Below are positions 53,903 to 62,342 of a stretch of 64,000 nucleotides of DNA, in pieces (the stretch's first letter is position 1; every line of letters begins with the position of its first letter). The notes beneath the pieces are model-generated. The model saw only the letters and a list, made by a program, of their open reading frames with translations, did not search any database and had not been told where the DNA came from. The translations under genes and the position numbers were made by a program. Source of the stretch: Limisphaerales bacterium (lineage in GTDB: Bacteria; Verrucomicrobiota; Verrucomicrobiia; Limisphaerales; CAIMTB01); the NCBI GenBank assembly GCA_050250555.1, contig JBFWOK010000002.1, positions 8,053 through 72,052 of the forward strand, in the 5' to 3' direction.

Positions 53903-54925
53903 TCAATACCGCACAAGCCACGACCGAAATGCGCGGCGACTCCTATCCCCCAACTCCGAGCAACGTTTTCCACCGGTTTTCTCACTGCCATCGTCGCTCA
54001 GAATCTCCGCCTGACGCGAGGCGGGCTCGCCGACGCTCAGAATTGATTCCGCCTGAAAACCCTTGGGAACCGCCCCTTTCACCTCGGACACCGTCCCGGA
54101 GCCCGCGATCCAGACGAACAATCGGTGTTTTCCGCCGCCCTCCGCCGGCCCGCCCAGCAGCAGCAGGCGCTCGCCTTCACCCACCGCAACCGCATCCCTC
54201 AAACCCAACCCCCCCAGCGCCAATTGGACCAGCGTGCCGAACCGCGCCGGATGTCCGGCCATCACTTCAACCGGATTCAGCAGCGGAATCATCAGCGCCT
54301 TCCCGTCAGGAACCGGATTCCGAAAGCCAATCCAAAGCTTCCCCCCCGCCCCGGCGGCCAACGCCTCGATGTTCAACCCCCCGGACGCTTCGCCCGACTT
54401 TCCCGCAGCCACCGAAAACCTAAACCGATCCAGCGCGGGGTCGACCGTGAGCGCCGGAACGAGTCCATGAAACGGACGTCCCTCCGGTTCCAGGCGCGCC
54501 GAAAGTCGCGTTCCGACGATCCGGGTCGCGAACAGGATGTGGCGCGCCGGGCGCGCCTCGCCGTCGTCGTTGCGGGAATGCGATCCAATCCAGAAAATCA
54601 GGTCCCCGATTCGGGCCGCGCCCTCGAGGTCCATTTCGTTCCGGCCGGGATCCAGACCGGACAGGACGGGAGTACGGACCAGCGCGACAGGCATCCCACC
54701 GGAACCGCGCCGGTACAACCGGATCATGTTCTCCTCGTCGCTCGCCACCGCGATCAGGCTCTCGTTGATCACCGCGGCGGCGGAAGCGTCGCAGCAACCC
54801 CGATAGACTGGTCCGTCGTCGGCGGACTCCGCGGCGCGCACTCGGGTGAGGCTCCCGGCCAGACCCGAAGCCGCGAGCACGATCATCGCAGCCAGGGTTC
54901 TCACCAGGGCCCGCGTCCAGCCCAT
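53903..54925 (-). CDS. DUF3616-like exported protein
   Basis: Start at ATG 54925 (MGWTRALVRTLAAMIVLAASGLAG), 17 nt after the upstream stop; an alternative ATG at 54967 would overlap it. MDLEGAARIGDLIFWIGSHSRNDDGE, LNIEALA, ILSDDGSEK...CSELGDRSRRAFRS resembles DUF3616. Confidence 0.65.
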   Translation of the reverse strand: MGWTRALVRTLAAMIVLAASGLAGSLTRVRAAESADDGPVYRGCCDASAAAVINESLIAVASDEENMIRLYRRGSGGMPVALVRTPVLSGLDPGRNEMDLEGAARIGDLIFWIGSHSRNDDGEARPARHILFATRIVGTRLSARLEPEGRPFHGLVPALTVDPALDRFRFSVAAGKSGEASGGLNIEALAAGAGGKLWIGFRNPVPDGKALMIPLLNPVEVMAGHPARFGTLVQLALGGLGLRDAVAVGEGERLLLLGGPAEGGGKHRLFVWIAGSGTVSEVKGAVPKGFQAESILSVGEPASRQAEILSDDGSEKTGGKRCSELGDRSRRAFRSWLVRY

Positions 54926-54941
54926 CCAGGCGCTCGCGCCG

Positions 54942-56159
54942 TCAGAGGTGCCGTTCGACAAACCCATAGGCTTCCGCCCGAAGGTCCGGCGAAAATCGGT
55001 GGCCTCCCTCGGGATACCGGATCCGCAGCCGGTCCGCCGCTCCCCACCATCGATAGACCGGCCGAACCGCCTCCTCGATCGCATGGACGCTCGCCCACCG
55101 AAAATTGCCGTCGCCCTTGGGCGCATTCGCGAAAAACGCACGAGGAGCAAGGGACGCGATGAGTTCGTGAAAATCAAATGGGATCTCGGCCGGACGCCCT
55201 CGGTACGCCTCGAATCGCGGCAGGTAACGGTCCTGAATCCATCCCGAGAGGTTTCCATTCATGTAGTGGAGGTAGGCATCAAACGCACAACTCGTGACCA
55301 CCACCGCCACCCGCGGCTCGAGCGCCGCCGTGTAGATCGCGTTGTGCCCTCCCAGCGAATGACCGATCGCCAGAAAACGGCCCCGCCGGACGAACGGCAG
55401 CGACTCCAGCAGGTCGAGTCCCCGCTTGTTGTCCCACACCGCCTTCATCGTCCCGCTCTCGTACCCCAGGCCCTTGATGTCCGGCGAGTAGTCCGCCAAA
55501 CGCGGGTAACCGGGCGCGAGGCAAACGAATCCCCGGCGGACGAGTTCCACTCCGTATTCATCATCCGGGCTCTTCCCAAGCCCCACCACCACCTTCCGGC
55601 CCGCGGAATGTGTCTGGTGAAGGCACAACGCCCCGGGCGCCCGTCGCCGCCGCGACAAAGCCGACTTCGGAACCAGCAGGTACGCCGGCACCCGACCGCC
55701 GTCGCCGGGCTCGGCCTGGTAGGTGAGGTCTCGCCGCACGAACGACCCGCAGTCCTCCTCCGACACCACCCGCGCATCGAGCGGACACCGCTTCTCCTCT
55801 CCCGGAACCCTCCCCGCGATCTCCTGGAACGCTTCAAGAATGGAGTCCCGCCGCTGGCCCCACTGCGATCGACGCCGGACAGGTCGCCGGGATCCATCCG
55901 CCGCTTGGAACTCCAGCAGCGGCAGACGCGGCAACGGGGGCAGCGACGGCGAATCCGACCCGCCCCCGGGCACGGCCGCCACCGGTTGCGCTCCCGTCCT
56001 GTTCGCCACCGTGAACGTCATCGGAAATGCCAGCGCCAGGGGAACCGCCGCCATCCTTCGAAGCAGATCCCTCCGCCGAAGACCGTCACCCGCCTCGTTG
56101 CCATCCCCGGCCGCTGACCTCTGGCCATCCCAGGGGTCCTTGCCATAGTCTCCGCCCAT
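54942..56159 (-). CDS. Alpha/beta hydrolase (acetyl-xylan-esterase/dienelactone-hydrolase-like) with Tat-type signal
   Basis: Twin-arginine motif LRRRDLLRRMAAVPLALAF, nucleophile elbow FLAIGHSLGGHNA, and LHQTHSAG. The start is uncertain: in-frame ATGs lie at 56159, 56177 and 56204, and all of them overlap or abut the divergent Dabb gene start. Confidence 0.7.
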   Translation of the reverse strand: MGGDYGKDPWDGQRSAAGDGNEAGDGLRRRDLLRRMAAVPLALAFPMTFTVANRTGAQPVAAVPGGGSDSPSLPPLPRLPLLEFQAADGSRRPVRRRSQWGQRRDSILEAFQEIAGRVPGEEKRCPLDARVVSEEDCGSFVRRDLTYQAEPGDGGRVPAYLLVPKSALSRRRRAPGALCLHQTHSAGRKVVVGLGKSPDDEYGVELVRRGFVCLAPGYPRLADYSPDIKGLGYESGTMKAVWDNKRGLDLLESLPFVRRGRFLAIGHSLGGHNAIYTAALEPRVAVVVTSCAFDAYLHYMNGNLSGWIQDRYLPRFEAYRGRPAEIPFDFHELIASLAPRAFFANAPKGDGNFRWASVHAIEEAVRPVYRWWGAADRLRIRYPEGGHRFSPDLRAEAYGFVERHL

Positions 56160-56457
56160 GTTCTCGCACGTTGTCATTTTTTGGACGGATCCCGCGAAGC
56201 CCACCGCGGCGGACGAATTGATCGCCGGCGCCGATCAGTACCTTCGCGACATCCCAGGCACCCTCCACTACCACATCGGCAGGATGGTAGGAAGCCACCG
56301 CCCCGTGGTGGACCAAAGTTATCAGGTCGCCCTCAACCTCGTCTTCGCCGACAAAGCCGCCCAGGACGCCTATCAGGTCCATCCGTCCCACGTCGAATTC
56401 GTCGAGAAGGTCTTCAAGAAGGTCTGCACCAAGGTGGTGATCTACGACTTCGCGTGA
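56158..56457 (+). CDS. Dabb family (stress-responsive alpha/beta barrel) protein
   Basis: 99 aa. MFSHVVIFWTDPAKP...IPGTLHYHIGRMV...YQVALNLVFADKAAQDAYQVHPSHVEF is the typical Dabb pattern. Confidence 0.85.
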   Translation: MFSHVVIFWTDPAKPTAADELIAGADQYLRDIPGTLHYHIGRMVGSHRPVVDQSYQVALNLVFADKAAQDAYQVHPSHVEFVEKVFKKVCTKVVIYDFA

Positions 56458-56464
56458 GGCTCCA

Positions 56465-57334
56465 GTGAAACCTGAAACGAGCGAAGGGAACGTCGATCCG
56501 GCCATTGCAGGAATCCGCATCAGCCGCCGCGCTTTCTGCCTGGGAACAGTCACCGCCATGGCGGCCGGCTGTTCGAGCGATTCCCCCCCTGAGATCCCGT
56601 CCGACCTGCGGGTGATGACCTACAATCTGCATCATGGCGAAGGAGTCGACGGACGCCTCGACCTCGAGCGGATCGCAAGGGTCATTCGAGCCGCGAATCC
56701 CGACCTCGTGGCCTTGCAGGAAGTCGACCGAAACGCCGCGCGAACCGGAGGTATGGACCAAGCCGCCGAATACAGCCGCCTCACCGGCCTTTACGGGGCC
56801 TATGGAGCCGCCATGCCGTTCCAGGGCGGTGAATATGGACAGGCGCTCCTCAGTCGCTGGCCTCTCGAAGATTTCGCGGTGATCCAATTGCCGGGCACCC
56901 GCGGCAAGGAACCCCGGATCGCCGTCAGCGCGTGGGTCGAAATCCCCCGCTTGGGTCGCATCCGCTGGATCGGCACCCACCTCGACGCCGGACGCGACGA
57001 CGCCGACCGCTGGGACCAGGCCGGCGCGTTGGTCGAAATCCTCGGACGCGACTCCGCACCAACGCTGCTCGTCGGCGATTTCAACGCCACGCCCGAAAGC
57101 CGCGTGATGGATCGCCTGCTGAACGCGGAATCCCCCTGGGACGACACGGCGAGCGAGGCCGCCGCACCTACCGTCCCCGCCGAAGAGCCCAAGGCCCGCA
57201 TCGACTACATCCTCGGTTCCCCGCGGGGAACTTGGCAAACCCTGGTATTCCGCGTCATCCCAGAGAGCGTCGCCTCCGATCACCGCCCCGTTTTCGCCAT
57301 TCTGCGCCGGGCCGATGGGGATCAAAGGGACTGA
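56465..57334 (+). CDS. Endonuclease/exonuclease/phosphatase (EEP) family lipoprotein
   Basis: 289 aa. Signal/lipobox (AMAAGCSS). RVMTYNLHHG, DLVALQEVD, WIGTHLD, LLVGDFNATPES, and the C-terminal SDHRPVFA. Confidence 0.85.
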   Translation: MKPETSEGNVDPAIAGIRISRRAFCLGTVTAMAAGCSSDSPPEIPSDLRVMTYNLHHGEGVDGRLDLERIARVIRAANPDLVALQEVDRNAARTGGMDQAAEYSRLTGLYGAYGAAMPFQGGEYGQALLSRWPLEDFAVIQLPGTRGKEPRIAVSAWVEIPRLGRIRWIGTHLDAGRDDADRWDQAGALVEILGRDSAPTLLVGDFNATPESRVMDRLLNAESPWDDTASEAAAPTVPAEEPKARIDYILGSPRGTWQTLVFRVIPESVASDHRPVFAILRRADGDQRD

Positions 57335-57367
57335 AAACCCCGGGGACCCGGGCTCGAGAAACCCGTC

Positions 57368-59374
57368 CTACTCCCGGAGATGCACGGGGCGGTCGTTTCG
57401 TTGCCGGACCCAGGCTTGGACCCGGCCCTGATCCTGGGCGCCTTCCGGCGTGAGAAGAAGCGCCGACGAGACCTCGCGCGTCCGTGACCGGGTCGCGCCC
57501 TTCCATCGTTCGTGCGCGCCCCGCGCGGATGTCTCCCGCGCCGCGGGTGAGCCCGTGAAGTCGTAGGTCAGGTCAGCGTATCCTGGGAACCGTCCGAGCG
57601 ACTGGTGGGCGATGTAGCGAACGGCGGAGTAGGGATCCAGCAGCAGCCCCGACAACAGGGGCGCCTGCCAGTCATCCCCGGTCAGCGCCCGCGCGGGCGC
57701 CCAACCCAGGTGCCATGCCGCGAGGGCCCTTTCGCCGGCGTCTCCCGCCAGCAACGCCCGCACGGTCTCGGAGGTCTCCGCCCGCTCGGGAGGCACCGGG
57801 GTCCGCGGATGTCCGTACCAATCCGCGAGATGCTCGGATGTCCACGCCAGCGACCGGTCCTGATGGCAGAGATTGCAGGCGTTCGGCCGGCCTGTTTCCA
57901 GGGTCGTGGCCACCCGCGGACTGTCGATCTGATGCTGACGCACCGCCTTCAGCAGCGCGTACGTGGTGTGCGGCATGTGGCAGTTGACGCAGAGATCGCC
58001 GGTCGAACCGATCGGGTGATGCGAATGGGCGGGCCCAAACCGCGTGGCGTCATGGCACTCGAGACAGGTCGTGTTGCCCTCCGCCCCGCGCTTCAACTGG
58101 TCGTCCCGGTCCGCGTAGTCATGCAGGGAATGACAGCTCAGGCAGGTCATCGCCCCCCGCTGATAACAGGCGGTCTCGATCAGGCCGTTGAACTCACGAC
58201 CCGCGACGCGGATCATTCCGTCGCCCCAGAAGAATTGCTCCAGGAGCCCAGGCGCACGTTCGAGAACCCCCTTGAGCCAATCCTGCTCCGCGAGCCGGGT
58301 CGGACGGATGATCGGGGTCGTGCTTTCGAGATCGTCCCCCGGCCGGTACCGGAATCCGCTCTCCGCCCAGTCCTCCTTCGCGTCGAACCACTTCATCGAG
58401 TGGCACTGCCCGCAGACATGCGATTGACGGACCTTGTCGAGTTTTCCGGGGTGAACGATGGCGAGGTCGGCCGGAAGTTCGACCGACGGGTCGCTCGATC
58501 GCGCGGACTGAAAAGCCGTGAGCCGTTTCGTGTGGATCTCGCCGGGTCCGTGGCAGGCCTCGCACGCAATCCCCAACTCACCCACCTGGGTGTCGAACAC
58601 CTGCTCCTCCTTCCTCGGACGGGGCTGTCCGCCCGTCGAATGACATCGGATGCACGTCATGTTCCACGTCTCAACAGGCGGAGGCGCCGCCGGATCCCGG
58701 ATGAAGACCTCATGGCGCGAAGCCCACCGGCGATCCTGGACCAGCCACGTGAAGGGAAACCCGATCTGGGCGTTGCCGAACCCGCCCGGGAGCCAGAACG
58801 CCTGCATGTGATGCGAGCCGGTGACCAAACCGATGCGCACACGCACCGGAACCGGTTTGCGATCCGGGGGAGCGGAATTCCACTCGGCGAGATCGTCGAT
58901 CGCGGCCCAGAATTCGTTCCCTTCCCGCGTCAGCGTGAAACGTTCGTCGGCGGTCTCCAGGGTCACTCCGTCGAAATCCGCGACGATGGCGTTCGTCCCC
59001 GGGAGCTGGGTCATCGTGCGGTGGTACGAGGCATGCCAGCTCGCGTGCTCTTCGCGATGGCATTCCCGGCAACTCTCGGAAGTCACGTAGCCGACCGGCC
59101 CACCTTGTCGCGGAGACTCGCCCACCACACGCAAACCCAAGGATTCGGAAGGTGAATCGGAGGAGGACGGGATGCCGGCGGACTTCCCCTCGGCAACGGG
59201 AGGTCGGGTCGACGGCTCCACACTTCCTGGCGGTTGTTTTCCGCACCCGGCCACGGCGACGACAGCAAGAGCGACGGCAACGGCGAAACCTGTCGCGAGC
59301 GCGGTCAGGGATCCGCCCGGTGGTGTTCCCGGAAAGACGCCGACCGGAACGTTGCGTCGGTTCAGGAATCGCAT
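57368..59374 (-). CDS. Octaheme c-type cytochrome lipoprotein (cytochrome c554-type multiheme family) with C-terminal helical-repeat region
   Basis: 668 aa. Lipobox (VAVAGCGK). Eight CxxCH motifs: CRECH, CIRCH, CEACH, CGQCH, CLSCH, CLECH, CVNCH, CNLCH. Confidence 0.85.
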   Translation of the reverse strand: MRFLNRRNVPVGVFPGTPPGGSLTALATGFAVAVALAVVAVAGCGKQPPGSVEPSTRPPVAEGKSAGIPSSSDSPSESLGLRVVGESPRQGGPVGYVTSESCRECHREEHASWHASYHRTMTQLPGTNAIVADFDGVTLETADERFTLTREGNEFWAAIDDLAEWNSAPPDRKPVPVRVRIGLVTGSHHMQAFWLPGGFGNAQIGFPFTWLVQDRRWASRHEVFIRDPAAPPPVETWNMTCIRCHSTGGQPRPRKEEQVFDTQVGELGIACEACHGPGEIHTKRLTAFQSARSSDPSVELPADLAIVHPGKLDKVRQSHVCGQCHSMKWFDAKEDWAESGFRYRPGDDLESTTPIIRPTRLAEQDWLKGVLERAPGLLEQFFWGDGMIRVAGREFNGLIETACYQRGAMTCLSCHSLHDYADRDDQLKRGAEGNTTCLECHDATRFGPAHSHHPIGSTGDLCVNCHMPHTTYALLKAVRQHQIDSPRVATTLETGRPNACNLCHQDRSLAWTSEHLADWYGHPRTPVPPERAETSETVRALLAGDAGERALAAWHLGWAPARALTGDDWQAPLLSGLLLDPYSAVRYIAHQSLGRFPGYADLTYDFTGSPAARETSARGAHERWKGATRSRTREVSSALLLTPEGAQDQGRVQAWVRQRNDRPVHLRE

Positions 59375-59562
59375 GCCGGAAGCATGGAATCAATGAGGCC
59401 GAAGTCCGAGGCTGGGATGGCCCCCGGCGCTCACACCGTCGGTCAGGCCGTTCGCATTTCCCTGCGAACCGACATGCCGAGACGGAGTCGTCCCGCCCCT
59501 CCGTAGAGTGAAGGCGGAGTGGGCGGAGGGCGACGAGCCCTGCCTCTCTTTGTCTCCTACCT

Positions 59563-60027
59563 CTAGCGCGGCCGGGTCCGCTTCAAGCGTTCGATGGCGG
59601 CCTGGGCCTTGGGATCCCCATTGTCGGCCGCCTCGATCAACTTGTTCTGCAGGACGGTCATCCGGTTGTTGTAATCCCAACCCTGCTGATCGGTCTTGAT
59701 GGACCCGCTCATTTGAAGCTTCAGGAGCGCATCCGTCGCCGATCCCCAATCGCTCGCGGCGACCGCCTTGTCGCTCCCCCGAAGGGTTTCGTCCACGTTC
59801 ATCGGCTCGAGCGCCGATTCGGTGGTCGACTCCTCCTCGGGCGCGCTGGTTTCGGCGACTTCCTCGGCGGGAGCGGTTTCCGCGGCAGGCGGCGCCTCGG
59901 CCGATTCTTCCTCCGCGGACTTGCCGCACCCGCCTCCTGCGAGGGCAGAAGCCAGCAGCAGCACGCCAAGCCCCGCCGGGCTCAGCACCCGGCGCCATTC
60001 AAACCCAATCCACCACGAAATCTTCAT
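59563..60027 (-). CDS. Hypothetical lipoprotein
   Basis: Start at ATG 60027 (MKISWWIGFEWRRVLSPAGLGVLLLASALAGGGCGK), followed by a Glu/Ala/Pro-rich linker and a small helical C-terminal domain. Confidence 0.6.
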   Translation of the reverse strand: MKISWWIGFEWRRVLSPAGLGVLLLASALAGGGCGKSAEEESAEAPPAAETAPAEEVAETSAPEEESTTESALEPMNVDETLRGSDKAVAASDWGSATDALLKLQMSGSIKTDQQGWDYNNRMTVLQNKLIEAADNGDPKAQAAIERLKRTRPR

Positions 60028-60138
60028 GCAGTCCTCCTTTGGAGCAGGTCCGGGACCCACGCGCCTCAAACCAATTCAATTGGGGGCGTGGAACGGTCGC
60101 CCGTCCCCGTTGGTTCAGTATCCGAGCACGACGAACGA

Positions 60139-60999
60139 TCATTGGGCGCCGCCGCGGGGATGATTCGGATCCGCCCAAAGATCGTTGGGCACGTCGCGAA
60201 GACCGGCGCCTCGTCCGTCGACCCGACCCGCCAGCTCGTAGAAGCGCTTGTACTTGAGCGTGTGCGCGCTGCCCGAGATGAGACCAACGCCGCCGCTGCC
60301 CTTGACGTCCACGCGCTCGTTCGCCGAGATGCCGCCGCCGTGCCGTTGGGAAATCCCCTCGTCGGGGTAGCTCGAGCAGTCATTGAAGAAGAAGGGCTTC
60401 ATCTCGTCCGCTTCCCACTGAAGGATCATCGTCGGCTGGAAGGCGGTGATGCGGTGGGTGAGCAGACGACTGTCCCACCCGGCCAAGCCCCCGAAACTGA
60501 TCAGGGCGCCGTTCCACACGTAGCTGCTGATCTTCTGATCGCGCTGCCGGAACTGGGCCTTCTTCAGTCCCGCCTGTTCCACCCGATCCCGGGGACAAAT
60601 AAGCACCTGGTGGGTCTGCATGTACGGATACAACTGGCCTGTCTTCACCTTCTCGACCTGGTTCGACGTGTTCCGCTGGGTCGGCAGAGTCTCGCCCGCC
60701 GCGGTAGCCATGTTGGGTCCGTGAGCCCAACTCTTGATCGTGAGCCCCCAACCCGGCGACGGCATGTACTCCTCGTGGTCCCCCGTGTACATCGTCATCG
60801 CCAGCATGATCTGCTTGGTGTTGTTGAGATCCAGCGTGAACTGGGCGCGGTCCTTCGCCTTCGATAGCGCCGGAAGCAGCATGCTCGCCAGGATCGCGAT
60901 GATGGCGATCACCACCAGGAGTTCGATCAATGTGAAAGCCCCTTCACGCGACGAGGATCCGGTGCGTTTCACGGGCGGAGTTACGGTGTCAGGGTTCAT
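60139..60999 (-). CDS. Prepilin-type N-terminal cleavage/methylation domain protein (pseudopilin-like)
   Basis: 286 aa. [32 protein letters not shown] near the N-terminus. Confidence 0.85.
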   Translation of the reverse strand: MNPDTVTPPVKRTGSSSREGAFTLIELLVVIAIIAILASMLLPALSKAKDRAQFTLDLNNTKQIMLAMTMYTGDHEEYMPSPGWGLTIKSWAHGPNMATAAGETLPTQRNTSNQVEKVKTGQLYPYMQTHQVLICPRDRVEQAGLKKAQFRQRDQKISSYVWNGALISFGGLAGWDSRLLTHRITAFQPTMILQWEADEMKPFFFNDCSSYPDEGISQRHGGGISANERVDVKGSGGVGLISGSAHTLKYKRFYELAGRVDGRGAGLRDVPNDLWADPNHPRGGAQ

Positions 61000-61237
61000 G
61001 GATTGATACGGGAATGGGTCGTCGTCGCAACCGTCCCCACTCGCGGACTCCGCCGATCCATCGGTCGATCGAATGGTCCGGCGCTCAAAACGCTTGGTGA
61101 CGGGAGAAACCGCCGCTTTCTAACACCACCTCCATATGGATGGAAGTGTGCATTGGCAGGCACAGCTTCGGGGATTGGGCGGGCGGTCGCGACCTCGACG
61201 GACCGGCGGCTCGGCGCGCCCCCCAAACCTGGGCGCC

Positions 61238-62035
61238 TCAGAGGCCGTCACTGATCGCGATGGTCCTGGCGATCTTGTCGAAATCCCGGTCGATCGGCTT
61301 CTGCGCCGGCTCGTTCCAGGTGTGCTTCCCCGTCTTCGGCTCCACCCACTTGAAAATCTCCGAATGCCCGTCCGCGAAGGTCAGATTGGCCCCCTTGCTG
61401 TGCCGGTCCGACGGATCGTTCTGCCAGACCCGGTTGTCGACCTGGATCGCGAAATAGCCGTCCTCCAACGTCTTGGAGCTTTCATCCAGGAACACGAGGG
61501 CTCCCGACGGCGAGGGACTGACGATGTCGCCGGTTTTTTTGCGGATCGGGTACTTCGGATTCACCCAGTCCACGTTGCTGTTCATCTGGCCCGACATCGA
61601 GTAGCTGCGGGTCCGCTTGAACGGCTTGTTCTGATACCGGTAGTCGTCCGCGGTGCAGACGTAGATCGCTTCGGACTGATTGTAGGGGAACAGCTTTCCG
61701 TTCCGGATGAAGTTCAGGTTGGTGTGCCCGGGCGGCGCGTTCACGTCCCCCAGAATCCAGGCGTCCGGCGTTCCGAGAAAATTCGGAACGAGTTTCTCCT
61801 CGTGATCCCCCGCGTAGAGGATCCACGCGAGCCCGAGCTGCCTCGTGTTGCCAAGACACGAGATCGCCTTGGCTTTGGCCTTCGCCTTGCCCAGGGCGGG
61901 AAGAAGCATCGAGGCGAGGATCGCGATGATGGCGATCACCACCAGGAGCTCGATCAGCGTGAATCCGCCCGGGGATGACGGGCCGGAGCCGGAGGACCGA
62001 CGAATCGCCGGCGTGCTGGGTCTTCGCAAGGACAT
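61238..62035 (-). CDS. Prepilin-type N-terminal cleavage/methylation domain protein with H-X9-DG motif
   Basis: Start at ATG 62035 ([52 protein letters not shown]). The C-terminal [15 protein letters not shown] matches H-X9-DG exactly. The upstream part of ORF 61238..62374 covers a REP-like repeat. Confidence 0.85.
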   Translation of the reverse strand: MSLRRPSTPAIRRSSGSGPSSPGGFTLIELLVVIAIIAILASMLLPALGKAKAKAKAISCLGNTRQLGLAWILYAGDHEEKLVPNFLGTPDAWILGDVNAPPGHTNLNFIRNGKLFPYNQSEAIYVCTADDYRYQNKPFKRTRSYSMSGQMNSNVDWVNPKYPIRKKTGDIVSPSPSGALVFLDESSKTLEDGYFAIQVDNRVWQNDPSDRHSKGANLTFADGHSEIFKWVEPKTGKHTWNEPAQKPIDRDFDKIARTIAISDGL

Positions 62036-62224
62036 GGAAGGAGGGGAGGTTTTTTGATCGGAGACAGGAGGGTTCCTAATGAAACTCCCACGAACCTGCA
62101 ATGGCATTCTTCCGACCTGGCCCGCCTTCTTGTGGGTGGACCTCCACGGGCGGGATCCTTTGCAGTGCGGCGCTCGGCGCCGCTTTGGATCGCCGCTGAG
62201 CGCCGAAGCATGGCGAGCCCCACC

Positions 62225-62248
62225 AAAGCGGTGCGGAGCACCGCACTC
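62225..62248. repeat. 24-nt dispersed hairpin repeat, copy 2 (aaagcggtgcggagcaccgcactc)
   Basis: Identical to 51185-51208. A related inverted partner (gcgccgctttgga at 62178-62190, against tccaaagcggcgc at 51208-51220) lies nearby. Confidence 0.75.
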
Positions 62249-62342
62249 TCCAAACGACCCGGTTGCTCTGGCCGGACGACTGCCATGGGGCAAAATTGGC
62301 CGATCTCCAGCCGCCTTCGGCGCTCCATCTCCCGCTTCAAGA

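Noticed and set aside
60880-61970. ~70-nt near-identical DNA stretches at 7290-7360, 60880-60950 and 61900-61970, considered as a dispersed repeat
   Set aside because: They are explained by the conserved prepilin N-terminal helix ([24 protein letters not shown]) encoded by three paralogous genes. They are not an independent repeat element.
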